Below the pieces are notes generated by a model that had not been told where the DNA came from, made no database searches, and saw nothing but the letters and a program-made list of their open reading frames with translations. A DNA stretch of 64,000 nucleotides from Dehalococcoidia bacterium (GTDB taxonomy: Bacteria > Chloroflexota > Dehalococcoidia > Bin125), in NCBI GenBank assembly GCA_965218115.1, contig OZ244584.1:867835-931834 (forward strand), in the 5' to 3' direction. Of this stretch, positions 19,211-29,605 are shown piece after piece. The translations under genes and the position numbers were made by a program. The stretch's first letter is position 1; each line of letters opens with the position of its first letter.

Positions 19211-20947
19211 ATGCCCTCGAACAATGTGATCGTCGAGAAAGATGTCCGCGTGCCGATGCGCGACGGCGCCATCCTGCGCGGCGATGTCTACCGCCCGGTT
19301 GACAGCCTCGAAGCGGGCGCCGCCGTGCCCGGCGTCGTGACGCGCACGCCCTACGACAAAGAGCTGTCGGGCGCCGGCCTCGTGGCGGTGATGCCCAACG
19401 CGCTGAAGATGGCCGAGCGCGGCTACGCGGTGCTCGTCTGCGACACTCGCGGCCGCTACGCCTCCGAGGGGGACTTCAACCCCTTCCATCAGGAGGGTCC
19501 CGACGGCTACGACACCATCGAGTGGCTCGCAGCGCAGCCCTGGTGCAACGGGACCACCGCCATCTACGGGCCGTCCTACGTCGGTGCGACGACGATGCTG
19601 GGCGCGCGCGAGGCGCCGCCTTCGCTGCGCTGCGCGATTCCGATCATCACCGCCGACGACTACTACGACGGCTGGACCTATCAGGGCGGCGCGTTCCAGC
19701 TGGGCTTCGTCGGGCTGTGGGGCGCGGGACTGGCGGCGACGGGCTACCTGCAGCATGAGCACGAACATCCGCCGGATGCGATGCCGGCGCTGCAGGACGG
19801 ACTGCTGGGCGACGGGTTCCGCTACCTCGGCAACCGCCCGCTGACCGACCTGCCGGGCCTCTCGGCGCCCGGCGTCGCCGACTGGTGGGCCGATTGGACC
19901 GGCCACGACACGCGCGATGACTTCTGGGAGGGCGTGCGGCACTCGGCGGACTACTCGCGGTTCAGCGTGCCGATGCTGCATATCGGCGGCTGGTTCGACA
20001 TCTTCGGGATCGGCACGGTCCGAAACTTCCAGGGGCTCACGGCAGCGGGCGTGGGGCCGCAGCACATGATTATCGGTCCCTGGGCGCACACGAACTACGA
20101 CCGCTGGCTGGGCGAGCTGGACTTCGGCGCGACCGGCGCGGCGGCGGCAGCCAACGTGGTCGGCGACATCAATCACTTCCTCGACCGCCACCTCAAGGGC
20201 CGCGACACGGAGCTGCCCGAGGTGCGCTGGTTCCTGATGGGCGCCAACGAGTGGCGTTCCTCAACGTCATGGCCACCGCCCGAGGCCGAGCCTCGCAGCT
20301 TCTACCTCGGCTCAAACGGCGGTGCGACGCTGCACTACGGCGACGGGCGGCTGGATGACGAGTGCCCGGCCGAGGACGACCGCTGGGACAGCTACCTCTA
20401 CATCGCCCACAAGCCGGTCATCACCAACGGCGGCTCGATCCTCCAGATCGCAATCGGCACGCCCGGCCCGCGCGACCAGTCGCGAGCCGAGAGCCGCGAC
20501 GATGTGCTCTGCTACAGCACCGAGCCGCTGCAGCGCCCACTCGATGTCGCCGGCCCGGTCACCGTTGACCTCTTCGTCTCGTCGGACCGGCCCGACACCG
20601 ACTTCACGGCCAAGCTGGTCGATGTGCATCCCGACGGAAAGCCGATCTCGCTGACGGACAGCATCATCCGTGCGCGCTTCCGCGAGGGCTTCGACCACGA
20701 GGTGTTGCTGGAGCCGGGCAAGGTCGCGGAGGTCACGATCGACCTGGCGTCGATCGCACACCGATTCGATGCGGGCCATCGGATCCGGCTGGAGGTATCG
20801 AGCAGCAACTACCCGCGCTTCATGCCGAATCCGAACACAGGGGAGCCCGCGAACACGTCCACGGAGGCGCAGCCGGCGATCAACAACATCCACCGCGGCG
20901 GGCCGACGCCCTCAGCGCTGCACCTGCACGTGCTGCCGGACGCCTGA
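19211..20947 (+). CDS. CocE/NonD-family hydrolase (X-Pro dipeptidyl-peptidase S15-like)
   Basis: VRVPMRDGAILRGDVYRP N-terminus typical of the family; length ~578 aa. Start at ATG 19211, not the ORF-track 19082. Confidence 0.7.
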   Translation: MPSNNVIVEKDVRVPMRDGAILRGDVYRPVDSLEAGAAVPGVVTRTPYDKELSGAGLVAVMPNALKMAERGYAVLVCDTRGRYASEGDFNPFHQEGPDGYDTIEWLAAQPWCNGTTAIYGPSYVGATTMLGAREAPPSLRCAIPIITADDYYDGWTYQGGAFQLGFVGLWGAGLAATGYLQHEHEHPPDAMPALQDGLLGDGFRYLGNRPLTDLPGLSAPGVADWWADWTGHDTRDDFWEGVRHSADYSRFSVPMLHIGGWFDIFGIGTVRNFQGLTAAGVGPQHMIIGPWAHTNYDRWLGELDFGATGAAAAANVVGDINHFLDRHLKGRDTELPEVRWFLMGANEWRSSTSWPPPEAEPRSFYLGSNGGATLHYGDGRLDDECPAEDDRWDSYLYIAHKPVITNGGSILQIAIGTPGPRDQSRAESRDDVLCYSTEPLQRPLDVAGPVTVDLFVSSDRPDTDFTAKLVDVHPDGKPISLTDSIIRARFREGFDHEVLLEPGKVAEVTIDLASIAHRFDAGHRIRLEVSSSNYPRFMPNPNTGEPANTSTEAQPAINNIHRGGPTPSALHLHVLPDA

Positions 20948-20955
20948 CGCAGCGC

Positions 20956-21459
20956 TCAGAACGCGAGGCGAATCAAGACCGCAACGAGCGCAGCGAAGTT
21001 CGCCAGCCCGAGGCCCATGGCGATGCGGACGAGCGACATCGTTTGATTTCGCATCGCGCTGATCTGCTCGTCGGCGCGATCGGCTGTCCGCTCCGCCGTG
21101 CGGGCGTTGTCTTCAATCAACTCTGCGCGCATCATGGCCATCTGCGCCAGCAACGCCGCGTGCATCTCGCGCATCATCCCCCGCGTTTCGGCGTGCTGCT
21201 CGCGAGATTCAGCTCGAAGTTCGGCGAATTCGGCGCGCAGGCCCGCGAACAGCTCACGCATCTCCGCCAGCTGTTCGCGCGTCTCGCCGCGATGCTGGGC
21301 CATTTGGCCGCGCTGGTCAGAGATCGCAGTAGTGAACTCGGCCGCGGTCAACAGCTCCGCGCGATCCTCGTTCAATGCGTCAACGAAGCTCCGTGCGTCG
21401 TCTGCATCCATGCCGACGCCCGTGAGCCATTCGATGAACTGTTGCGTGTCCAGAACCAT
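20956..21459 (-). CDS. hypothetical coiled-coil protein with C-terminal TM anchor
   Basis: Heptad-rich E/R/A-rich sequence ending in the hydrophobic LGLANFAALVAVLIRLAF. Confidence 0.4.
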   Translation of the reverse strand: MVLDTQQFIEWLTGVGMDADDARSFVDALNEDRAELLTAAEFTTAISDQRGQMAQHRGETREQLAEMRELFAGLRAEFAELRAESREQHAETRGMMREMHAALLAQMAMMRAELIEDNARTAERTADRADEQISAMRNQTMSLVRIAMGLGLANFAALVAVLIRLAF

Positions 21460-21491
21460 GTAGCCATATTACGGCTTGCTTTCCGTTTACG

Positions 21492-21818
21492 CTAGGGCAA
21501 CGGCGACCACTCCGTGGGGTTGAGGATGCGGTTCTCGATGTGGTGGACGAGCGGACCATCGGCCTCGGAGGCCGCGCGGGCGGCCTGCCAGTCGGGGTCC
21601 GCGCCGAACTCGGCCCAGGCGCGCTCGCGCTGGCCGTGGTCCTCGAACGAGACCATGTACCAGAGTTCGTCGCTGCGCCCGCCGACTGCGTTCAGCCAAT
21701 AGCCGACGTTCGTGACGCCGTGCTTCTCGAAGAGCCCCATCGTGTGGTCCCGGAAGCGCTTCATCAAATGGCCCATCTTGCCCGGGTGCGCCGTGTAAAT
21801 CCGCAGCTCGTAGATCAT
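21492..21818 (-). CDS. NIPSNAP-family protein
   Basis: MIYELRIYTAHPGKMGHLMKRF...GYWLNAVGGRSDELWYMVSFED pattern. Start at ATG 21818 with agaggga RBS; the ORF-track N-terminal extension is rejected. Confidence 0.7.
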   Translation of the reverse strand: MIYELRIYTAHPGKMGHLMKRFRDHTMGLFEKHGVTNVGYWLNAVGGRSDELWYMVSFEDHGQRERAWAEFGADPDWQAARAASEADGPLVHHIENRILNPTEWSPLP

Positions 21819-21841
21819 CTCGTCCCTCTTTCGTTGTCCGC

Positions 21842-22705
21842 TCAGGATATGTGACGCAGCCGCGCGATGAGCACCGGCGGAATCTCGGGCAGCTCCGACC
21901 AACGGAGTCGGCCGTCCGTAGCGTCGTCGGGTCGGTACAGCACCGGCTCGCGCAGCCCGTCCAACGCCCATCCGCACTCGAACGCCGCCCCCAGCAGCGC
22001 CTCCAGTGGGCGGTGGAAGTACGGTTGCAGCACCGGCTGTCCCACCACCGCGGCGCCGTCCTCACGCCGGACGCTGAGATAGCGCGAGATGCGCACGCCC
22101 CGGACCGTCCGAAAACTGCCGTTGGGCCGTTCGTAGCGCTCGATGAACAGCGCGGTCTCGGCGCCCTGATTGAACGCCGGATGGAGCACCGAGAACACGA
22201 ACGGCGCTCCAGCCGCAAGCAGACCCGGCAGCGTCCGGAACAGCGGCCCCAGCTCCGAGATGTCCATCAGCGCCATGTTGCACACCGCCGCGCCGAACGG
22301 CCCGCCCGCGATCTCTGCGAGCTGCCTGGCAACGGTCACGTCGACCTGCCGCCAGTCGATCGGCGTGGCGAGTCCGATCGACCGCTCGCGGGCAAGCGCG
22401 AGCATCTCCGTGGAAGCATCCGTGGCGGTGACCGCAACGCCGCGTCGTGCCAGCGCTCGCGCGAAATTCCCATTGCCGCAAGCGATTTCGAGTACTCGTT
22501 CCGGGAGTGGTTCGAGTAGTTCGAGCGTCGGCGGAAAGATCAGCTCGCGCTGCCAGAAGTTGCCCTCATCGCCCTGGGCCGCGTCCCAGAACTCGGCGTT
22601 GATCCTCCACGCGTCGATCGATGCCGCATTCGATTCGGGAAACTCGCCCGCGTCGGGCATTGCTGCGCCTCCCTCTCGCACTGTGTCGCACACCGCGTCG
22701 CGCAC
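21842..22705 (-). CDS. class I SAM-dependent methyltransferase
   Basis: Motif I VLEIACGNGNFARALARRG followed by a post-I acidic residue (TATDASTEM). Confidence 0.75.
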   Translation of the reverse strand: MRDAVCDTVREGGAAMPDAGEFPESNAASIDAWRINAEFWDAAQGDEGNFWQRELIFPPTLELLEPLPERVLEIACGNGNFARALARRGVAVTATDASTEMLALARERSIGLATPIDWRQVDVTVARQLAEIAGGPFGAAVCNMALMDISELGPLFRTLPGLLAAGAPFVFSVLHPAFNQGAETALFIERYERPNGSFRTVRGVRISRYLSVRREDGAAVVGQPVLQPYFHRPLEALLGAAFECGWALDGLREPVLYRPDDATDGRLRWSELPEIPPVLIARLRHIS

Positions 22706-22746
22706 GCGAATAGGCTCACGCTACGTGGAAGCCGTGGAAGGGACCA

Positions 22747-23712
22747 ATGATGTCCGCACCCCTGCCCGTGATTATTCAGGGCCTCGGCCCGATCGGACTG
22801 CGCCTCGCCACCGCTGCCGCGACCGATCCGTTTCTCGAATTGGTCGGCGCGGTCGAGATTCGGTCGGAGATGCTGGATCAGCCGCTGGCATCGTTCGCAC
22901 CGGGCGTGCACCCGGACCTGGTGATCCGCCAGTCGCTCGCGCAGGCGCGGGTTGACGCGCTGGCTGAGGGCGGGATTCTGCTGCACTGCACCGGCTCGTA
23001 CCTCGAGCAGGTCAGCCCGCAGATCGAGGAGGCGCTGCGACAGGACCTGCATGTCGTCTCGACCTGTGAAGAGCTGTCTTTCGCGCAGCACAGCCATCCG
23101 GAGATCGCCGCGGGGCTCGACCTGTTGGCGCGCCGCGCCGATCGCACGGTGGTCGGAGCGGGCGTCAACCCGGGCTTCCTGATGGACGCGCTGCCCGCCT
23201 CACTGTCGTCGATCTCGCACAGCATTCGGCGCGTGCGGGTTGAGCGCGTGCAGAACCCTCGGCGGCGGCGCGAGCCGTTTCAGCAGAAGGTGGGGCTCGA
23301 TTTCACCCGCCAACAGTGGGAGGCGCGCCGAGACGCAGGCGGCTTCGGGCACGTGGGGCTGCATGAAAGTGCGCGGCTGCTGGCCTACGCGCTGGGCTGG
23401 AAGCTGATCGACTGGCAGCACGCGATGGAGCCGATCCAGCCCGACGCCGACGGCCTGGTGCAGGGCACGCTGGAGACGCTGCGCGGGGCGACCTACGACG
23501 GGCACGTCGTGGAGCTGCACTTCGAGGCGAACGGGGCGACGCCCGAGGAGTACGACCAGATCGAGGTCGACGGCACCCCGCCCCTGAAGCTGCGCTTTGA
23601 GGGCGGCGTATTCGGCGACGACGCGACGATCGCGTCGGTGCTGCGTGCCGCGCGGGTGATCCCCCACACCCGCCGCGGGCTGGCGACGGTTCTGGACCTG
23701 CCGCTGCGCTAA
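22747..23712 (+). CDS. DapB-like NAD(P)-dependent oxidoreductase (amine-dehydrogenase family candidate)
   Basis: N-terminal Rossmann VIIQGLGPIGL and a DapB-like C-terminal domain; good RBS ggaaggga. Confidence 0.45.
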   Translation: MMSAPLPVIIQGLGPIGLRLATAAATDPFLELVGAVEIRSEMLDQPLASFAPGVHPDLVIRQSLAQARVDALAEGGILLHCTGSYLEQVSPQIEEALRQDLHVVSTCEELSFAQHSHPEIAAGLDLLARRADRTVVGAGVNPGFLMDALPASLSSISHSIRRVRVERVQNPRRRREPFQQKVGLDFTRQQWEARRDAGGFGHVGLHESARLLAYALGWKLIDWQHAMEPIQPDADGLVQGTLETLRGATYDGHVVELHFEANGATPEEYDQIEVDGTPPLKLRFEGGVFGDDATIASVLRAARVIPHTRRGLATVLDLPLR

Positions 23713-23764
23713 GAACGCTCTGAACAAGCCCGATCCGCTCCTCCCCCGCAGAGCAGGGCGAGGT

Positions 23765-24050
23765 CAGAAATCGCTCCCCCCGAGGGGGAGCTGTCGCGCA
23801 GCGACTGAGGGGGAGGCCCGCACTGAGTTCCGCTGACCGTGGCGCTCTCCCCCTCTGCCCCCTGCCTGCGCAGGGGCAGGCTGCGGCATCTCCCCCGCAG
23901 GAGACGTGCGCGTAATCTCCATTTCCCCTCTCCCCCCGCGGAGCGGGGGGAGATGCCGCAGGCAGAGGGGGGCTCCGCGCGCGCGCGCACCACATAGCAG
24001 AAGCTCCCCACCGTCACTCCGTGACATCGCCCCCGCCCCGCGGGGGGAGA
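23765..24050. repeat. composite repeat cluster (modules B, inverted C', E, C', H)
   Basis: Same module series as 60185-60560 in related order. Convergent junction. Confidence 0.85.
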
Positions 24051-24076
24051 GCCGATCCGATTCGTTCCGAGGATGC

Positions 24077-26113
24077 CTAGCCGCCGAGGTAGAGCAGGTC
24101 GCCGGATTCGATCTGGAAGTCGACCGAGCCTGGGGTTGGCGTGCCCTCGCGCTCGCTGTAGATGAACCAGTAGTGGCCGCTCCAGAGCATCAACGACGCA
24201 ACGCCGCGGCTGGCGAGTCCGGCGAACAGCTCAGACGCGCGGCCACGACGGGGCGAGCGCCAGTTCGCGAAGTCGCCGGGACTCTGTTGACTGAGGGCTT
24301 CGATGCCCGGTCCGGCCGGCGGCGCGGATGTCGTGCTGATTTCGACGCCCGCAGTGACCGCGTCTGCGCGCGCGCTGATCAGCGCTCGGCCGCGGCCGAT
24401 CGCGAAGAAGCTCGCTTCGAAGCGACCGTCCTCGGTGACGATCCGGCTGCCTCCCTGGGGGAAGAACAGCACGGCGGCGGCTGAGGCGGGGATGCTGTCG
24501 ATACTCAGCTGCAGGGACGTGCCGTCGGCCACGTCGGCGCCCTGTTGATCCACGACACGACCCTGCACGCGAACACGGTCACCGGGATCGAGGCGGCCGG
24601 TCTGCTCCAGGGTGAGCGCGATCAGGGCGGGGCGCCCACTGACGACGAAGGCGCGCTGCGCAGTGATTTCGCCGTCGCGAGCGTGGACGATGTAGGCGCC
24701 GAGGTTTAGCTCCTCGAAGACCTCAAGCTCGATCCGGTCGCCGTCCTGTTCGGCCGCGAGCCGCCAGGATGGCACCAGCCGACCTGCGGCGTCGGTGACG
24801 GAGAGCTGAACGGTGGGCACGCCGACGTCGCGGCCCGTCGGGTCGACGCCGCGCAGCGTCAGGCTGAGGATGTCGCGCCCGTCGCCGCTGCCGTCGTAGT
24901 AGAGCGTGGAAGTGGGCGGATCGATCTCCAGGCGCGAGACATCCCCGCTGAACGTGACCCGAACCGGATCTGAGTCCAGCGAGCTGCCCCCCAGACGGTC
25001 GATCGTGGCGATCACGCTCGACTCGACGGCCTGCGACCCGGAGTAGAGGCGCAGGCCATCGATCTCGCCGGTGGCGCCGCCGGCGAAGCCGGCGATCGCC
25101 GCTTGAGTCATGGTGCAGGTCGAGCTGCGCGGCCTGCGGCCGAACTCCTCGCAGCCGCGATATTCGAGCGTGCCTTCGGTCGCGGTGATCCGGATCCCGG
25201 CGATGTCTGAGGCTTCGGCGGAACCGCCGCCCTCGCCGAGGACGCTGAGCGTGAGCTCGGTGAATGCGCTGCCGCCGGCGCGAATCGCCGCCGGGAACGT
25301 GGTCGCGTCGTTGTCGTCGGTGGGCTCGCGGTCGCTGAGCGCCAGGCCGACGCTCTGAACGCCGCTTGTCTCCCCGACGCGGAACGTCGCGACGGCGACG
25401 TAGCTGTTGTCGCCGACCTCGCCGCAGCGGTCGACGTTGGCCAGACACTCCGCGGCGAGAAAGCGGCCGAGGAAGCGATGCGACGTTTGGGCGGCCGTGA
25501 GCTGCGCCGAGACCGTGTACGTGCCCGGCGCTGTACCGGCGGGGATGCGGATGCGAGGCAGTGAGTGACCCTCGAACTCGCCGAGCGAGCCAATCTCGGC
25601 GAGGTCGTTCGTACTGGTGATCACGCACTCGGCGATGGCCGGGTCGGGTCCTTCGGAGGCGACGCCGCGCGGACAGGTGAGCTGCCCGCCGGTCGCGCTC
25701 GAGCCGGCGCCGACGAAGCGAAAGACGGTTGAGGACTCAGCCCCCTCGAGCTGATAGCTCAGCCCGCCCGAGAGGCGCAGCCAGGAAGAACCGGGGTTGA
25801 TCCGACTGTCGGTGATGCTCACCGCGTTGATCAACGGATTGGATGCGTCTGTGGTGAGCTGCAGCGTCGGCGCGATCACACCTTCCCAGTCATCGTCGAG
25901 GAACGACGGGTGGACGCGCAGCGTCAGCGCGACCTTGACGACGAGCGTGGAGCCGGGCTGAACGACGCCGTCAGCGTCGTTCGGGAAGCTGATTTCAAGC
26001 GCGAGCGGGTCGGCGTTGGCGCCCTTCGCCGGAGCGATCGCGAAGCCGGCGACCAAGAGGGCGCAGAGCACGAGCAGGATGGCGATCGCGACGCGACGGC
26101 TTCGCTGGTGCAC
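24077..26113 (-). CDS. large secreted/cell-surface protein, function unknown
   Basis: GTG start at 26113 with a GGAGG RBS 6 nt upstream, then RSRR n-region and hydrophobic h-region (VAIAILLVLCALLVAGFAIAPA). G/S/T/D-rich beta-type composition. Confidence 0.6.
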   Translation of the reverse strand: MHQRSRRVAIAILLVLCALLVAGFAIAPAKGANADPLALEISFPNDADGVVQPGSTLVVKVALTLRVHPSFLDDDWEGVIAPTLQLTTDASNPLINAVSITDSRINPGSSWLRLSGGLSYQLEGAESSTVFRFVGAGSSATGGQLTCPRGVASEGPDPAIAECVITSTNDLAEIGSLGEFEGHSLPRIRIPAGTAPGTYTVSAQLTAAQTSHRFLGRFLAAECLANVDRCGEVGDNSYVAVATFRVGETSGVQSVGLALSDREPTDDNDATTFPAAIRAGGSAFTELTLSVLGEGGGSAEASDIAGIRITATEGTLEYRGCEEFGRRPRSSTCTMTQAAIAGFAGGATGEIDGLRLYSGSQAVESSVIATIDRLGGSSLDSDPVRVTFSGDVSRLEIDPPTSTLYYDGSGDGRDILSLTLRGVDPTGRDVGVPTVQLSVTDAAGRLVPSWRLAAEQDGDRIELEVFEELNLGAYIVHARDGEITAQRAFVVSGRPALIALTLEQTGRLDPGDRVRVQGRVVDQQGADVADGTSLQLSIDSIPASAAAVLFFPQGGSRIVTEDGRFEASFFAIGRGRALISARADAVTAGVEISTTSAPPAGPGIEALSQQSPGDFANWRSPRRGRASELFAGLASRGVASLMLWSGHYWFIYSEREGTPTPGSVDFQIESGDLLYLGG

Positions 26114-26340
26114 CGCTGCCTCCGTTGACCGAAAGGATCGTGCACCGCCGCACCACAACGCCTCGCGGCGTTACGTCCACTATGGCGCTCTCGCGAGCTC
26201 CAGCGGGGCGTGCATTCGCCGTCCGATTTACCTGTGGGCAACAGAGCGGCGGAGCTGCGGCGCGACGGGATGGCAGCGGGCGGGCGGGGGCGAGCCTGTA
26301 TCATCGGCGTGCCGCGCGAGCCGTGCGTTTGGAGGCGAAT

Positions 26341-26835
26341 ATGGCGTTCGACAGCCGCGAGTTCCGTGACACGCTGGGCCGCTTCGCGTCCGGGGTGACG
26401 GTGGTCACGACCGGCGACGCGCCGAACTTCGTGGGGATGACCGCGCAGTCATTCTCATCGCTGTCGCTCGATCCGCCGCTGGTCCTGGTCTGTGTCGACA
26501 AGGGCGCGAGCGTGCTGCCGCTGCTCAAGGAGTCCGCCGCGTTCACCGTCAACGTGCTGGCCGACACCGACATGGATCTGTCGAACTTCTTCGCCTCCAG
26601 TTCGCGACCCGCGCCGCCGCACCAGTTCGACGACGCGCCGTATACGGTCGGCGCCACCGGCCGGCCACGGCTGGCCTGCGCGACGACCGTGTTCGATTGC
26701 CACGTCCACGAGGTGCTGGATGGCGGCGACCACGAGATCATCGTGGGGCTGGTCGAGGCGATCGACCGGCAGAGTGAAGCTTCCCCGATCATCTTCTTCG
26801 GCGGCGCCTATCGCTCGCTCGCGCCGACCGACTAA
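26341..26835 (+). CDS. flavin reductase-family protein (HpaC-like)
   Basis: FRDTLGRFASGVTVVTT...MTAQSFSSLSLDPPLVLVCV signature. Confidence 0.8.
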   Translation: MAFDSREFRDTLGRFASGVTVVTTGDAPNFVGMTAQSFSSLSLDPPLVLVCVDKGASVLPLLKESAAFTVNVLADTDMDLSNFFASSSRPAPPHQFDDAPYTVGATGRPRLACATTVFDCHVHEVLDGGDHEIIVGLVEAIDRQSEASPIIFFGGAYRSLAPTD

Positions 26836-26874
26836 TGCTCGGTCGCGGCGCGGCCGGAGCTCGATGGCGCCTCG

Positions 26875-27426
26875 ATGGCCGAAGCTGACGACCGACCGCT
26901 GCTGAGTCTCGATCCCCCGCTCTACGCGGACGACTTTCTGCCGGCGCTGTGGGTGCCGCTGACCCGGGCGGTGCGCGCGCGCCGGCGCCTCCTGACGCTC
27001 GGCGAACGCCTGCCGGCCCGCAGCTGGCTGGAGCCGAGCGCCGCGCCCGGCTGGAACCGCCGCGACCAGCTGGCCCATGTCGCCGCGTCGGACGGGCGCT
27101 ATCACGACGCGCTGATCGCCGCGTTGAACGACCGGCCGCTGACGGAGTTCGAACCGCATCCCGACCAGCCGGGGCCCAAGCTCGCGCTGGCGAACCGTCT
27201 GGCGCTCCAGGCCCTCGCAGATCTCAGCCTGGCCGATCTGGTCGAGCGCCTGCGCGCCGGCAGCAAGCGGACGCTCGAGCTACTCGCCGCGCTCGACGAG
27301 CACCACGCGCTGATGTCGATGGGCTTCCGCCCCAACGCCCTGTCGCTGGCCGAGGCGCTGTCCAACCACGACAACGATCACGCCGACGCCATCGTCAACG
27401 GCCCGATGATGATGTCATCGCGCTAA
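26875..27426 (+). CDS. hypothetical DinB/MDMPI-like protein
   Basis: Weak pattern only (W...RDQLAHVAASDGRYHDAL); low confidence. Confidence 0.35.
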   Translation: MAEADDRPLLSLDPPLYADDFLPALWVPLTRAVRARRRLLTLGERLPARSWLEPSAAPGWNRRDQLAHVAASDGRYHDALIAALNDRPLTEFEPHPDQPGPKLALANRLALQALADLSLADLVERLRAGSKRTLELLAALDEHHALMSMGFRPNALSLAEALSNHDNDHADAIVNGPMMMSSR

Positions 27427-27735
27427 GAATCCGATTCCCAACCGCTCCCCCCGCGGGGGAGCTGTCGCGCAGCGACTGAGGGGGAGGCCCGCGCCCGCAT
27501 CGGCTGACCGCGACCCACCCCCGCTTGTACGTTCGCGCCGGCTCGGGAGCTCTCCGTTCGGCATCTCCTCCCGCTGACCACATTGAGTGGTCAGCGGAAT
27601 CCGATTCCCAATCGCTCCCCCCGAGGGGGAGCTGTCGCGCAGCGACTGAGGGGGAGGCCCGCGCCCGCATCGGCTGACCGCGACGCACTCCCGCCTGCAT
27701 GTTCGCGCTGGCTCGGGAGCTCCCCCCGCCCCCCG
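27427..27735. repeat. tandem duplication (~170-bp period) of a module-B-containing unit with a module-D hairpin between the two units
   Basis: GAATCCGATTCCCAA(C/T)CGCTCCCCCCG...GCTCGGGAGCTC occurs twice (27427-27587 and 27596-27722), separated by CCGCTGACCACATTGAGTGGTCAGCGG. Convergent junction with sppA. Confidence 0.85.
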
Positions 27736-27766
27736 CAAAGCCGGGCGAGAGCTACTCAGCGCCTCC

Positions 27767-28597
27767 CTAGCGACCGAGCCGCGCCTGCAACAACCGCTCA
27801 GCGGGCTCGGCGGCCACCCGCGCCACGACGGCGTCGATCAGAGCCTCGGCCATCCCATCGGCGCTGCGCTGCATCAACATCTGCAGCAGCGGGCGACGCG
27901 GGCGCAGCACCTGGGTGCGCTTCGGGATGCCGGCCGCCTTGGCCGCCCAGCCGACCGCGTCGTCGAGGTCACCGAGCTGGTCAACGAGGCCGAGTTCGCG
28001 GGCGCGAGCCCCGGTGTGCATCTCGCCCGAAGCGAGCCTGGCGATCTCGTCGCGGGCGAGGTCCGGGCGGCCCTGATCGACGATCTCGATGAAGCGTTCG
28101 TAGATCGAGTCGATGATCGCGCGGAGCTTTGCTTCCTCCTCGGGGGTGGCGTCGCGGAACAGCGAGCCGATGTCCTTGTATTCGCCGGAGGTGTGCGTGC
28201 GCATCTTGACGCCGAGCCGTTCGAGCGCTTCGGCGACCATCGGCAGGACCATGATCACCCCGATCGAGCCGACGATCGAGGTGGGTAGGGCGAAGATCGG
28301 GTTGGCGGCGCAGGCGACCATGTAGCCGCCCGAGGCTCCGACACCGCGAATCGCGGCGGCGACAGGCTTGCGCGCGGCGAGTCGCTGGGCGGCGAGGTAG
28401 ATCGACTCCGAGGCGGCCGCTCCGCCGCCGGGCGAATCGATGTCGAGCACGACGGCCGGAAAGCGCGCATTGCCCCGCAGACCATCAAGCATCCGCGAAA
28501 CCTCGCGCGCGTTCAGCCGGCTGCCAATCTGCCCCGAGATCTCAACCACCGCGACGCTCGGCGGAAAGAGCATTTCCTGCAGGTCGATGCGCTCCAT
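27767..28597 (-). CDS. sppA: signal peptide peptidase SppA (S49 family, 36K type)
   Basis: VVLDIDSPGG...GASGGYMVACAAN motifs. Confidence 0.8.
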   Translation of the reverse strand: MERIDLQEMLFPPSVAVVEISGQIGSRLNAREVSRMLDGLRGNARFPAVVLDIDSPGGGAAASESIYLAAQRLAARKPVAAAIRGVGASGGYMVACAANPIFALPTSIVGSIGVIMVLPMVAEALERLGVKMRTHTSGEYKDIGSLFRDATPEEEAKLRAIIDSIYERFIEIVDQGRPDLARDEIARLASGEMHTGARARELGLVDQLGDLDDAVGWAAKAAGIPKRTQVLRPRRPLLQMLMQRSADGMAEALIDAVVARVAAEPAERLLQARLGR

Positions 28598-28704
28598 GTG
28601 CTGGGCCTCCTGTTCAATCTGAGTGTATGCCCGCGTTGACCGCAGACTTGTAGCGGGCGATGCTGTGCGCGCGGGATGTTGTCACGTGACGAGGGGAGCC
28701 GCAG

Positions 28705-29082
28705 GTGGCCGAAGTTGCAGTGTGTGCGCTGAGCGAGCTGCCGCCCGGATCGGTCACGGCGGCCGAGATCGAGGGCCAGCGGGTCTGCGTCGCGAACGTG
28801 CACGGCGAGGTGTTCGCAGTGCAGGACAAGTGCCCACACCTGTTCGCGCCGCTTTCAGTCGGCGCGCTCAAGGGCTCGCACATCGTCTGCCCCTGGCACG
28901 ACTCCGAGTTCGACATGCGATCGGGCCAGACGAAGAAGTGGCTGCCGACCGGGATGTGGAACACGATCCACAAGCTGATGCCGCCGCCGCCAGGCTTCAT
29001 CAAGCGAAAAATCGAGCCGGACGAGATCCGCACCTTCCGGACCCGAGTCTCAAACGAAACCGTCTACATCTCCGACGACTGA
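28705..29082 (+). CDS. Rieske [2Fe-2S] domain ferredoxin
   Basis: CPHLF...CPWH Rieske ligand motifs. Confidence 0.85.
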   Translation: MAEVAVCALSELPPGSVTAAEIEGQRVCVANVHGEVFAVQDKCPHLFAPLSVGALKGSHIVCPWHDSEFDMRSGQTKKWLPTGMWNTIHKLMPPPPGFIKRKIEPDEIRTFRTRVSNETVYISDD

Positions 29083-29174
29083 CCCCGCCCCGCCGGACGC
29101 CCTAACTCCCGCGGGCCAAGTGTCCCTGTACGGGCAGCCACCAGCAGCGTGGTGAAAAAGTCATCGCGCCCGCT

Positions 29175-29560
29175 CATTCTCTCCCCCCGCCTCGCGGGGG
29201 GAGATGAGTGACAGAGCAACTGTGTTGAGGATCAACTCAGTCGACGCGGTTGGGGCCCTGTCCGTCATTCCTGCGCAGGCAGGAATCCATGCGGCCGCCC
29301 CACCGTGCGACGAGCCTCCATCCGCCCGACGGCCCACCGAAGCCCGCGCGGACCGCGCGTGATCGGGCGCCGTCGTACATTGGGAGTGCCCTCGACCCCC
29401 ACAGATCGCCTGGATTCCTGCCTGCGCAGGAATGACGGAGGGGTGCACGAATGACGCACGGGTGCAGGAATGACGCAGGGGGCGCCGGTCTGCCGCACCC
29501 AGGTTCGACTCAGAAACCAGCAGCTTCCGAGCCAGCGCGAACATACAAGGGGAGCCGCGT
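29175..29560. repeat. composite repeat cluster (module C variant, inverted module F, MITE-like element A at ~29259-29445, module G)
   Basis: Element A termini present on both sides; its internal sequence is nearly identical to the copies at 42105-42295 and 59205-59400. Confidence 0.85.
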
Positions 29561-29605
29561 CCCAGACTCAATAATGTGCTGGTATCTGGTCAGACGGACC
29601 AGGGG